This document shows positions 27,961 to 36,737 of a stretch of 64,000 nucleotides of DNA, in pieces. Under the pieces are notes generated by a model that had not been told where the DNA came from, ran no database searches, and saw only the letters and a program-made list of their open reading frames with translations. Source of the stretch: an uncultured Acidimicrobiales bacterium (GTDB lineage Bacteria > Actinomycetota > Acidimicrobiia > Acidimicrobiales > SHLQ01); contig CAJQNJ010000086.1 of the NCBI GenBank assembly GCA_905479685.1, forward strand, positions 3,921 through 67,920, given 5' to 3'. Each line of letters opens with the position of its first letter. Within the stretch, counting starts at the first letter, position 1. Position numbers and translations under genes: made by a program.

Positions 27961-28017
27961 CTCCAAAATTCCAGCGTCCCGCCGCGATAATCGCGCTCCA
28001 GCGCAGGAATTTTGGAG
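27961..28017. promoter_or_regulatory. nested inverted repeat between recO and glyQS (12-bp outer stem, 6-bp inner palindrome)
   Basis: ctccaaaattcc (27961-27972) pairs with ggaattttggag (28006-28017). The spacer contains the palindrome cgcgat-a-atcgcg and a direct tccagcg duplication. Confidence 0.5.
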
Positions 28018-28029
28018 AAAACGGGGCCT

Positions 28030-28749
28030 TCAGGTCTGCTCGAGGACGCTGGCGCTGCGGAGCCGCCGTTCCAGCATGTGTTCCATCAACCTCGTGGACA
28101 AGATGTCGAATTCTCGCGTACCCGGCGATGCCACCTGGTTCAGCACCGCTCCGAGCTGCCCACCGAGCGCCAGCTGCATCAACGCAAGTGCATCGACACT
28201 GATCGCGGTTCCGGCGTGACAAGAAACGCACGTCGTACCACCGTCGCCAACCGAGAAGTGGGTCAGGTTCGTGGTCGCACCACACAACACACAGACGTCG
28301 ACAGACGGTGCGAACCCTTCCTGCGCGAGGAGTTTCAGGAAGAAGCCTGCGACGACGAGGTGGCTCTCGGACTGAGTGACCGTGTGCATGGCCCGAGCCA
28401 GCATCGTGTACAACGGCTCGTTCGGTTCTCGATCCTGTGCCACGAGCTCCACGGCCTCGAGCATGGACGATGCTCGAGCGAACAACTCGAGGTCCTCACG
28501 AAGTACGGGAAAGCGATCGATGCTCTGGACCTGGGTGAGCGTGTCGAGCTCTCCCTTTCCACGGTAGAGCTGCACTTCGAGGTGGTTCGTCGGCTCGACG
28601 GATGCCCCGAAACGACTCTTGGTCTTGCGGACCCCTTTGGCGACGCAACGAATCTTTCCGTTCTGTTGCGTCATCAGGCTGACGATTCGGTCAGCTTCGC
28701 CGAGCTTCCACGAACGAAGCACGACTGCATTGTCGCGATAGAGCCCCAC
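28030..28749 (-). CDS. recO: DNA repair protein RecO
   Basis: Start set at GTG 28749, giving (M)GLYRDNAVVLRSWKLGEADRIVSLMT, which matches the N-terminus I recall for actinobacterial RecO (MRLYRDRAVVLR...). An alternative GTG at 28776 overlaps the uppS stop (GTGA). A C-terminal Cys cluster CVLCG...CVSC is present. Confidence 0.88.
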   Translation of the reverse strand: MGLYRDNAVVLRSWKLGEADRIVSLMTQQNGKIRCVAKGVRKTKSRFGASVEPTNHLEVQLYRGKGELDTLTQVQSIDRFPVLREDLELFARASSMLEAVELVAQDREPNEPLYTMLARAMHTVTQSESHLVVAGFFLKLLAQEGFAPSVDVCVLCGATTNLTHFSVGDGGTTCVSCHAGTAISVDALALMQLALGGQLGAVLNQVASPGTREFDILSTRLMEHMLERRLRSASVLEQT

Positions 28750-28772
28750 AACACGATCGCGGTGCAAACCGC

Positions 28773-29486
28773 TCACGCGGTCACGCCCCCATATCGCCTC
28801 GTGCGATTCTGGAAGTCGTAGATCGCCTTGGCGATGTCTGTCCGGTCGAAGTCGGGCCACAAGGTATCGGTGAACCACATCTCGGAGTACGCAAGCTCCC
28901 AGAGCAGGAAGTTCGAGGTCCGATACTCACCCGAGGTGCGAATCATCAGGTCGACATCGGGCATCTGTGGGTCGTACAGATGGCGTGCGAGCATCTTCTC
29001 GGTGATCTTGTCGGGAGCGATTCCGGTCTTGACCAGACTCTTCACCGCGTCGACGATCTCGGCTCGACCGCCATAGTTGAAGGCGATGGTGAACTTCAGC
29101 TTCGTATTGTTCTTTGTCAGCTCGGTTGCGTCGGCCATAAGTCTGGTCAATCGCTTCGGTACTCGCCAGTCTGTGCGCCCGATGAAACGAATCTGCACGC
29201 CGCTCTCGTGAAGCTCCTGTTGACGACGAAGCAAGATGTCTTCGTTGAAGTTGATGAGGAACTTCACTTCATCTGGCGGGCGTTTCCAGTTTTCTGTGCT
29301 GAACGCATAGACCGTCAACCACTCGATGCCGAGATCGAGCGCCCCTGCAACTGTCTCGAACAACGCGTGTTCGCCCATCTTGTGGCCCTCGACACGAGGC
29401 AGATCCCGTTGCTCGGCCCAGCGGCCATTGCCATCCATCACGCAGGCGATGTGGCGCGGAAGTGCTGAGCGATCAATCGGAATCAT
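28773..29486 (-). CDS. uppS: isoprenyl transferase / undecaprenyl-diphosphate synthase
   Basis: ORF 28773..29555 is trimmed to ATG 29486. Motifs HIACVMDGNGRWA, AFSTENWKRP and RTSGEYRTSNFLLWE are typical of cis-prenyltransferases. Confidence 0.92.
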   Translation of the reverse strand: MIPIDRSALPRHIACVMDGNGRWAEQRDLPRVEGHKMGEHALFETVAGALDLGIEWLTVYAFSTENWKRPPDEVKFLINFNEDILLRRQQELHESGVQIRFIGRTDWRVPKRLTRLMADATELTKNNTKLKFTIAFNYGGRAEIVDAVKSLVKTGIAPDKITEKMLARHLYDPQMPDVDLMIRTSGEYRTSNFLLWELAYSEMWFTDTLWPDFDRTDIAKAIYDFQNRTRRYGGVTA

Positions 29487-29585
29487 CAGAGGGCAAGTTA
29501 CTCCTGTCCTTGCCCTCTCACGATGTATTGGAACGTTCTCTTTATGCAACCGCATCGCGCGACACCTGCTCTAGAGTCAACGCCG

Positions 29586-31475
29586 ATGGGCCTCAGCGAG
29601 CGAGCAACGAGCGCACTCGCCGTGGTTGCTGGGCAGCTTCCTGGCGGGGGCGAAGACCGGCCAGGTCAAGTCGAGATGGCTCAGGCAGTCGCCGACGCGA
29701 TCACGGCCGAGACACACCTCGTGACGTCTGCTGGCACGGGAACCGGCAAGTCACTCGCATACCTCGTACCGGCGGTTCTGAGCGGTAAACGAACGGTTGT
29801 ATCTACCGCCACGAAGGCGTTGCAGGACCAGCTTGCGAACAAAGACCTCCCCTTTCTCCAGGAACACCTGGACACACCGTTCGAGTACGCGGTGCTGAAA
29901 GGTCGCTCGAATTATGTGTGCCGACAACGTCTGAGCGAGCTCGACGATGACGGCCAACAACTCGGTCTCGATGTCACCGATGACGTGGTTGATGCTGACG
30001 ACCTCGACGAAATTCTCACCTGGGTGAAGACGACGAAGACCGGCGACCGGGCAGAGCTCCCGATCGAACCCTCCGGCCGTACATGGGCCGCAGTGAGTGT
30101 CGGACCGACCGAATGCCCAGGCGCTGCAAAGTGCCCGAAAGGGGGCGAGTGCTTCGCGGAGATGGCACGACATCGATCGGCGGACGCCGACATCGTCGTC
30201 GTCAACACCTATCTCTACGCACTGGACCTCGTGACCGATGGTGTCATCCTGGGCGAACACGACGTCGCGATCATCGATGAAGCGCACCAGATCGAAGACA
30301 TCGTCGCGGGCGCTGCCGGGTTCGAACTCACCGGAGCTCGCCTACGCAATTTGGCCATCACGATCAAGTCGATCATCGCCGATGACGACCTGGTCGCCGA
30401 CTTGATAGACATCGGCGAACAGCTCAGCCAGGACCTCGAACCGCACATGGGCAATCGGCTCGACGATGACCTCGATGACGACCTCAGCAGGTCGCTGAAT
30501 CGGGCCCGAGATCGAGCGAATCGGGCGCTCGACGCGCTTCGCAAGATCCCGAAGGAATCCAAGGCCGAGATCATCGGACGAAAGGAACGTGCGACGCAGG
30601 CAGCTGGCCATCTGGTGATGGACATCGACATCGCGCTCGACATGGTCGAGGGAACAGTCGCCTGGGTCGAAGGCCAACGAAATCCGTCGCTCAAAGTGGC
30701 GTCGATCGATGTCTCGGGCGTTCTCTCGGACAGCCTCTGGTCAACTCGAACTGCCATCTTGACCAGTGCAACGATCCCGGCGAATCTCGGTGGCAGAATC
30801 GGCCTGACCGACTTCCCGCACACACAGATCGACGTCGGTTCACCATTCGACTTCGAAAACGCGGGGCTTCTCTACTGCGCCGCGCACATGCCCGATCCAC
30901 GATCGGGCGACTACCGAGATGCCCTGCACGCCGAGATCGAGTCGCTGATCATGGCCGCGGGAGGCCGTACCCTCGTGTTGTTCACGTCGTGGCGTGCGAT
31001 GAACCTGGCCAAAGAACACATGCTCGATCGAATTCCGTACACCCTCTTGGCACAGGGGGATTCTCCCAAACAAGTCCTGATGGACAACTTCAGCGAAGAC
31101 GAGGAGTCCGTACTGTTCGCCACGATGAGCTTCTGGCAAGGCATCGATGTCCCCGGTCGGGCACTCAGCTGCGTGATCATCGACCGCTTGCCGTTTCCAC
31201 GCCCCGACGATCCCCTTCTTGGGGCCCGCCGCGATCTGATCGGCGCTGCCGCGTTTCGAGAGATCGATCTTCCGCGGGCATCGATGCTCCTCGCGCAAGG
31301 GGCTGGTCGCTTGATTCGCTCAGCTGATGATCGCGGCGTCGTCGCGGTGCTCGACAGTCGTCTCTCGACCTCGAAGAGTTACCGCTGGGACCTGATCAAG
31401 GCGCTCCCGCCGCTTCGCCGAACGAAATCTCGCGACGAGACAATCGAGTTTCTGAAGACCATTCGCGACAGCTAG
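29586..31475 (+). CDS. dinG: ATP-dependent DNA helicase, DinG/XPD (Rad3) family with Fe-S cluster domain
   Basis: Start at ATG 29586. Walker A is SAGTGTGKSLAYL, the DEAH box is IIDEAHQ, and a four-Cys cluster (YVCRQR ... ECPGAAKCPKGGEC) lies between the helicase motifs. Confidence 0.85.
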   Translation: MGLSERATSALAVVAGQLPGGGEDRPGQVEMAQAVADAITAETHLVTSAGTGTGKSLAYLVPAVLSGKRTVVSTATKALQDQLANKDLPFLQEHLDTPFEYAVLKGRSNYVCRQRLSELDDDGQQLGLDVTDDVVDADDLDEILTWVKTTKTGDRAELPIEPSGRTWAAVSVGPTECPGAAKCPKGGECFAEMARHRSADADIVVVNTYLYALDLVTDGVILGEHDVAIIDEAHQIEDIVAGAAGFELTGARLRNLAITIKSIIADDDLVADLIDIGEQLSQDLEPHMGNRLDDDLDDDLSRSLNRARDRANRALDALRKIPKESKAEIIGRKERATQAAGHLVMDIDIALDMVEGTVAWVEGQRNPSLKVASIDVSGVLSDSLWSTRTAILTSATIPANLGGRIGLTDFPHTQIDVGSPFDFENAGLLYCAAHMPDPRSGDYRDALHAEIESLIMAAGGRTLVLFTSWRAMNLAKEHMLDRIPYTLLAQGDSPKQVLMDNFSEDEESVLFATMSFWQGIDVPGRALSCVIIDRLPFPRPDDPLLGARRDLIGAAAFREIDLPRASMLLAQGAGRLIRSADDRGVVAVLDSRLSTSKSYRWDLIKALPPLRRTKSRDETIEFLKTIRDS

Positions 31476-31558
31476 GACGCTCGATACGTTCGCTCCCCAG
31501 AGCTTGACCGTCCCCGTCATCTAGATTGCACATCGTGAACTTGGAGACCGGTGAACCG

Positions 31559-32350
31559 ATGTCGACGGAGACTCAACCACTTGTTCTCGTCGTGGAGGAC
31601 CACCCTGTCAACCAGATGCTCGCAGTATCGCAACTGGAGCAGTTGGGCTGTCGATCCATCGTTGCCTCGTCGGGCTGGGAGGCACTCAGCGCGTTCGAAC
31701 TCCACCAGTTCGATGTGATTCTGATGGATTGGCAGCTCGGCGACATCGACGGGTTGGAGACCACCAGGAGGATGCGCGCCCGCGAGGCTGCTCGGGACAC
31801 TCGACGAACGCCGGTGGTAGCGGTGACTGCGACGACGATGTCAGGTGACCGAGAACGATGTATCGACGCAGGAATGGATGACTTCCTCTCCAAGCCCGTG
31901 AGCCTCGCAGAGCTCAGGGTCGCGATCGACAGGGCGATAGCGGTCACCGGCCCGGATGGGGGTGTCATGCCGGGCCCCGACCTCATCGAGGACGAAGGGA
32001 AGAATCCTGCGATTGACCAACTCCTCAACGAGCTTGATGATGCCTCGGTCGTCGTCAAGATCATGACGACGTTTCTTCTCGAACTTCCGGGCCGGATCCG
32101 ACGTGTGGTTGATGCGGCAGCCGCAGGCGATACTTCAGAGGCCCGCAGGATCGCCCACACCCTGAAGTCGGTATCAGAGTTTCTGGGCGCGCACGAGCTT
32201 GCGGAGGTCGCTCGCAAGATCGAGGAGTCGACGGATGACGACACTGCTCACCTCGACCGATTGATGCAACATCTCCCGGTTGCCGGAGAGGAAGCAGCCG
32301 CAAGACTTGCCGCCGTTCGAGACGAATTGGCAGCTCGCTCGCAAGACTGA
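31559..32350 (+). CDS. response-regulator receiver domain fused to an HPt phosphotransfer domain
   Basis: REC domain: LVLVVEDHP ... DVILMDWQLGDIDG ... FLSKPV (acceptor Asp and conserved Lys). C-terminal HPt: ARRIAHTLKSVSEFLGAHELAEVARKIEE (H-x-x-K-[GS] motif). Start is ATG 31559 (ORF track: TTG 31526). Confidence 0.8.
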   Translation: MSTETQPLVLVVEDHPVNQMLAVSQLEQLGCRSIVASSGWEALSAFELHQFDVILMDWQLGDIDGLETTRRMRAREAARDTRRTPVVAVTATTMSGDRERCIDAGMDDFLSKPVSLAELRVAIDRAIAVTGPDGGVMPGPDLIEDEGKNPAIDQLLNELDDASVVVKIMTTFLLELPGRIRRVVDAAAAGDTSEARRIAHTLKSVSEFLGAHELAEVARKIEESTDDDTAHLDRLMQHLPVAGEEAAARLAAVRDELAARSQD

Positions 32351-32460
32351 GCGCACCGGATCAGGCGGTGTGGCTCACAGCGGCGACACCATCACGTTCA
32401 CGTTCACAGTACGTAGCAACACGCGAATCGGTGCCGACCTCGCGGCCGCGATAGCGATGC

Positions 32461-33192
32461 TCAGCGGGTCACCGGCGCGAGCCGGTATCCCACGCCGCGT
32501 ACCGCTTTGATGTAGCTCCGCCCATCGAGATCGATCTTGCTTCGAAGGTTCGCGATGTGCACCTGCACCAGGTGGTCGCTTCCAACCCACATCGAGTCCC
32601 AGACTTGTTCGAGCAGCAGTTCTTTCGAGAAGACCATCTCGGGCCGCCGGATGAGTGTTGCCAACAGGTCGAACTCAGTACGTGTGAGCGCGACTTCCTG
32701 ATCGCCGACCCAAACCTCGCGGGAGTCGGTGGAGACGCGCAGGTCACCGTGCACGTGGGATCCGTCCTCACGATCCGGCTCATGTCCCGTGCTACGAGGA
32801 CGGCGCAGCAACGCCTGCATCCGGGCCACGAGCTCACGGGTGGAGCAGGGCTTCGTCATGTAGTCATCGGCGCCCACTGCCAGACCCACCAGTCGGTCGA
32901 CTTCGGTGTCTCGAGACGTCAGCATGATCACGTAGGCGTCGCTGAATGTCCTGAGGCGGCGACACACCTCGACCCCGTCGATCCCGGGGAGGCCAAGATC
33001 GAGCACGATGACATCGGGCTCGAACGCCTCGGCTTGCGCGAGCGCGGATTCGCCGTCTTCGGCAAAGGTGACGGAGAATCCGGCGCCGGCGAGTGTCGCC
33101 TCGAGCAACTGCTGAAACTCGGGTGCGTCTTCGACGACGAGGACTGAGATGGTGCCGACAGAGGGCTTGGTGGGCATGATCGTGGCCAACAT
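32461..33192 (-). CDS. OmpR/PhoB-family response regulator
   Basis: REC domain (VLVVEDAPEF ... DVIVLDLGLPGIDG ... MTKP) plus a winged-helix Trans_reg_C domain (LTRTEFDLLATLIRRPEMVFSKELLLEQVW ... IKAVRGVGYRL). Start at ATG 33192. Confidence 0.9.
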   Translation of the reverse strand: MLATIMPTKPSVGTISVLVVEDAPEFQQLLEATLAGAGFSVTFAEDGESALAQAEAFEPDVIVLDLGLPGIDGVEVCRRLRTFSDAYVIMLTSRDTEVDRLVGLAVGADDYMTKPCSTRELVARMQALLRRPRSTGHEPDREDGSHVHGDLRVSTDSREVWVGDQEVALTRTEFDLLATLIRRPEMVFSKELLLEQVWDSMWVGSDHLVQVHIANLRSKIDLDGRSYIKAVRGVGYRLAPVTR

Positions 33193-33259
33193 GTGGGCAC
33201 CCTTCAGGTTGTTTCGCTGTGTCCGGTTGGGACACAGCAGGGTCGACGTAACAAAGGAT

Positions 33260-35164
33260 TCATGCGGAAAACCCAACTGGGTCAGAGATCATGGCGGCGA
33301 GCGCGTCTCGACCCAGTTCTTCAACTCCCTCGTCGGCAACCGGCGTTGATCCGGACGAGTCCGCAATGTGGGAAGGAAGGATGACGGTGAATCGGCTACC
33401 CACGCCGACCTCGCTCTTGGCAACGAGCTCGCCACCCATGGCTTCACACAGTGAGCGGGATACCGAAAGGCCAAGACCCGCTCCGGGCTCCGCTCCCAAC
33501 TCTGCGTTGAGCCGTTCGAATGGAGTGAACACCCGCTCGAGATCCGAGGAGGGAATCCCGGGACCAGCGTCGTCCACATGAATCGCAGTCAGCGAACCTA
33601 CAGTCTCGGTCGACACCACGATCGTGCCTCCCGCGTACTTCACTGCATTTGTCAGGAGGTTCGTGAGGACCTGCCGAAGCCTCGCTGGGTCAGCAACGGC
33701 GGTCGTACTCTGTCCGGTCCTTCCGAACAGGAGCGCAGCCGATCGCGATTCAGCATCAGTGCCGAGGTGATCGAGGAGGTCGATGACGAACACGTCGATG
33801 TCGAGGGGTTCCGGGCGGACTGAGAGGTGGCCCTGATCGATCCGAGAGAGATCGAGCACATCGGCCACGAGCTCGGAGAGGTGGTCGCCAGCCGAACGTA
33901 CACGGCTGATCATGTCGGTCTGTTTCGAGTCGAGCGACGTGAGCGCCAGGAGTTCGGAGAAGCCGTTCAGGATGTGGATTGGCGTCCGAAGCTCGTGACT
34001 GGTGCGTGATAGGAAGAGCTGTTGGGCACGCCTCGCCGATTCGGCTTCGTTCTTGGCACGGACGAGTTCCTCTTGCCGCAGGCGGGACTGGGCGAGCTCG
34101 GACGCCAATCGATCAGCGGCATCGCGATGCTCTCGAGCCATGATCATGATGCGGGCGACGGCGCCCGGGAGGCCGAGTAGGGCAAGCCAGGCAACCGTCT
34201 CGCCAAAGAGCCCCATGCGGTACCCCAACAGCGCGAGACCAGCGAAGGCGATAGGTAGGACAGCGATGGAGCCACGTTCTGCCCGCGCCATGTCCGACTC
34301 GATTCCGATATGGCCGGAGATCGGTGACATTGCTGCAGCCGCCAACGGAAGCAGCAGGGAGGCCATCCAGACGAACTGGGTGATCGACGTCGTCGATGTT
34401 CCACCGATGGCGGCGGTCGCAGCGAGCAGGCTTGTCGGTGCACCGACGCAGGCCCAGGCGGCAATACACAAGAGCGCAGCACGGTGACGCTTCTGGCAGG
34501 ACAGGGCGAACGCCACGGCTAGGCCGGCGAGGAGGACGTACCCGAGGGGCGCAGCGATCTCGATGACGAGGTCGATCGACGTTGAACCGTAGGCAGCGGG
34601 AGCAACTCGCTCGATCCACACCGCTAGCACAGCAGCGATCGCTGCGCCGATGCTCATCGTCTCGAGAACGATGGCGATCCAGGAACCCCTGCGGGCCTCG
34701 GACCCTTCGAAACGGATCAATCCGCGGATTGCGAGTGGCGCCGCAGCGAGCGCGATGCACACTGCGACTCGGGCGCTCATCACCCCCGCGGTGTGGGCAA
34801 GAACAGTTCCATGGCCGACAAGAACCGCAGCCGACAGGAAGCGCCAACCTTCTCGGACCGACGGCGACGACCTCGGATGAGCCGTCGCGAGGGCAAGCAT
34901 CGCGATGCCCACTGCAGTCGCGTTGGACGCGATGCACAAGGTACGCGAACCGCCAAAGAAGCCGAGCAGCGTGCCGCCGACCGTTGCGAGAGCGCACACG
35001 GACAGCAAGAAGAACACGGCGTACAAGGGCGACACGCTCCTCCAGATCGGTACTGACGCGCTCGGCGCATCGGGAACAGGAGGGGTGTCTGCATGATCGC
35101 CGGGAATCGAGCCGCTGTCGGGCGAATGCGTAGGCAAAGGCCCCGTTTGTGCGATCGCCACCAT
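33260..35164 (-). CDS. sensor histidine kinase with large polytopic N-terminal membrane domain
   Basis: 634 aa. About 8-10 hydrophobic helices are followed by a coiled linker, the H-box FLSRTSHELRTPIH, and the N, G1 and G2 boxes (LTNLLTNAVKY, DDAGPGI, GAGLGLS). No receiver domain. Confidence 0.88.
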   Translation of the reverse strand: MVAIAQTGPLPTHSPDSGSIPGDHADTPPVPDAPSASVPIWRSVSPLYAVFFLLSVCALATVGGTLLGFFGGSRTLCIASNATAVGIAMLALATAHPRSSPSVREGWRFLSAAVLVGHGTVLAHTAGVMSARVAVCIALAAAPLAIRGLIRFEGSEARRGSWIAIVLETMSIGAAIAAVLAVWIERVAPAAYGSTSIDLVIEIAAPLGYVLLAGLAVAFALSCQKRHRAALLCIAAWACVGAPTSLLAATAAIGGTSTTSITQFVWMASLLLPLAAAAMSPISGHIGIESDMARAERGSIAVLPIAFAGLALLGYRMGLFGETVAWLALLGLPGAVARIMIMAREHRDAADRLASELAQSRLRQEELVRAKNEAESARRAQQLFLSRTSHELRTPIHILNGFSELLALTSLDSKQTDMISRVRSAGDHLSELVADVLDLSRIDQGHLSVRPEPLDIDVFVIDLLDHLGTDAESRSAALLFGRTGQSTTAVADPARLRQVLTNLLTNAVKYAGGTIVVSTETVGSLTAIHVDDAGPGIPSSDLERVFTPFERLNAELGAEPGAGLGLSVSRSLCEAMGGELVAKSEVGVGSRFTVILPSHIADSSGSTPVADEGVEELGRDALAAMISDPVGFSA

Positions 35165-35344
35165 CTATTTCACGCAGGACTGGAACGCCGGTTCCGGGAT
35201 GAACCTCACGCCGTAGCGCACTCCGACCCCAGGAGTCTCGGTGCAGTGGCGTATCAAGACATGACCGCCGAGACGAACATCGACGACGCTCATGGAACAC
35301 ATGCACGGAAGTAACGGCCGGCGTCTCGGGCGACAGAAGCAATT

Positions 35345-35388
35345 CGGTCCGAACGAACCAAGCGAACGGTCCGAACGAACCAAGCTTC
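35345..35388. promoter_or_regulatory. tandem 22-bp direct repeat (2 units, first 19 nt identical)
   Basis: cggtccgaacgaaccaagcgaa (35345-35366) is followed by cggtccgaacgaaccaagcttc (35367-35388). It lies in the 335-bp divergent region between the kinase operon and the secreted-protein/SipW operon, 112 nt upstream of ATG 35500. Confidence 0.6.
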
Positions 35389-35499
35389 GAAGGATTTCGC
35401 GTTACTTGAGGCTGCCTTGTCCGTTCCTTGAGTTTCGTCCGTCACTCTCATCACTGCGTTCGGAGACATCGAGCGCACTGAACGAAATGGAATCCAATC

Positions 35500-36000
35500 A
35501 TGAAGAAACAACTCATCGCCGTCGGAACCGGTGTCGCAACCGCCAGCGCCGTATTCGCCATGGCGGCCACCCTCGGTGGCATCACTACCGAAGACATCGG
35601 GGCAGACACCACCGTCGTTGCGGCGTGTGACAACGACGGCATCACCCTCGACTTCAACGTCGACTACGACGCCGGTACCGGTGACTACACGGTCGGCGAC
35701 CCGGGCACCCCTGCAAGCCAGACCGACAATGCCGGCATGGTCTTCGAAGTGATCTCAGTCGATGTGAGCGGTATCGACGACGCCTGCGTTGGCCAGACCA
35801 TCGACATGTCGCTGTCGAACCAGTCGGGCAAAGAGGTCGAGACTACTCAGGCCACGATCACCCAGAGCGGCACGGTCGGCCAGGACGCCAACACCATCAC
35901 TCTGACGGTGGACGGCGACGGCGACACGAGCGCAACCAACCTCCTCGACGGGATCAACGCGACCGAAGTTGACCACGCTGGCATCGTGATCCAGGGCTGA
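35500..36000 (+). CDS. small secreted Thr/Asp-rich protein, candidate SipW substrate
   Basis: 166 aa. Signal-like N-terminus MKKQLIAVGTGVATASAVFAMAATLGGITTEDIGAD, then a beta-rich, low-complexity T/D/G sequence. First gene of an operon ending in a SipW-type peptidase. Confidence 0.55.
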   Translation: MKKQLIAVGTGVATASAVFAMAATLGGITTEDIGADTTVVAACDNDGITLDFNVDYDAGTGDYTVGDPGTPASQTDNAGMVFEVISVDVSGIDDACVGQTIDMSLSNQSGKEVETTQATITQSGTVGQDANTITLTVDGDGDTSATNLLDGINATEVDHAGIVIQG

Positions 36001-36032
36001 TTCGGTCCAACGAGGCGAGGGAGGGATCCGGA

Positions 36033-36737
36033 ATGTCCCGACGGGTGATACAAGCATGGCTGGTGGTCCTTCTCCTTCTGCCTGTCCTGCTTTCTCTCGT
36101 CGGGGCATCCGCATCTCCCGTCGCGATTTCGAGCGAGTCACTTGCCGCGTATGCCCAATCGGATTTCGAAATCGAGCTGCCATCGACCGGCACCTACGAG
36201 TTGATCGCCACTCGCGACAGCTTCACCGACAAGAAGCACAAGGACACGAACTACGGAACGCTGTCGCAGTTCGCAGTCGTCAAGAGGAAGAAGAGGGTCA
36301 CTCTGGATGGCAACGACCTCGAGGTCGAACAAGCACGAGCACTGATCGGCTTCGATGCTTCCCCCATCTGTGACGGTGGCGGGGTCGTCTCAGCAACGCT
36401 GCAGATCTTCGGGCCAGCATCGAACGAGACCAACGGGACCCGTATCCGCGAGATCGAAGACTCGTGGAATGAATATGGCGTGACCTACAACAACGTTCCA
36501 GGTGACAACCAGATCGATCCGAACATCTCGCAAACGACATCAGGCGGTATCGACACCGTGACGTTCGATGTCAGGGACAGCGTCGTCGACGATTTCGGAA
36601 ACTTCGACGCCGCGGCCAACGCCGTCATCCACGGATGGGTGATCAGAGACGCCAAGAAATCCGTCTGGTACTCGCGGAGCGCGAGCGATGTACATCTGCG
36701 GCCGAAGCTGACGATCGAAATCGATTCATGCCCATGA
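36033..36737 (+). CDS. secreted protein, DNRLRE-like domain (tentative)
   Basis: 234 aa, with RBS GAGGGAGGG upstream. Signal peptide MSRRVIQAWLVVLLLLPVLLSLVGASA. Motifs NYG...L.V and SWNEYGVTYNNVP resemble the DNRLRE-domain pattern W.E..vTwnn.P as I recall it. Confidence 0.5.
   Translation: MSRRVIQAWLVVLLLLPVLLSLVGASASPVAISSESLAAYAQSDFEIELPSTGTYELIATRDSFTDKKHKDTNYGTLSQFAVVKRKKRVTLDGNDLEVEQARALIGFDASPICDGGGVVSATLQIFGPASNETNGTRIREIEDSWNEYGVTYNNVPGDNQIDPNISQTTSGGIDTVTFDVRDSVVDDFGNFDAAANAVIHGWVIRDAKKSVWYSRSASDVHLRPKLTIEIDSCP

Noticed and set aside
27887-28029. T-box riboswitch leader for glyQS.
   Set aside because: Only 143 nt are available, and I could not find the conserved T-box sequence or a specifier-loop arrangement. 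I recorded the inverted repeat as an unexplained element instead.
26597-28219. 540-aa plus-strand ORF, and the 574-aa extended glyQS model (26561..28285).
   Set aside because: The plus-strand ORF is the antisense shadow of glyQS. The minus-strand extension upstream of ATG 27886 overlaps the recO 3' end and is not protein-like. Glycyl-tRNA synthetase homology begins at MSQASPDPELFDKIV.
34113-35342. 409-aa ORF in an alternative frame of the histidine-kinase gene, plus several plus-strand ORFs from 33291 to 35133.
   Set aside because: The kinase frame contains the H, N, G1 and G2 boxes and coherent TM helices. The alternatives are Arg-rich shadows.
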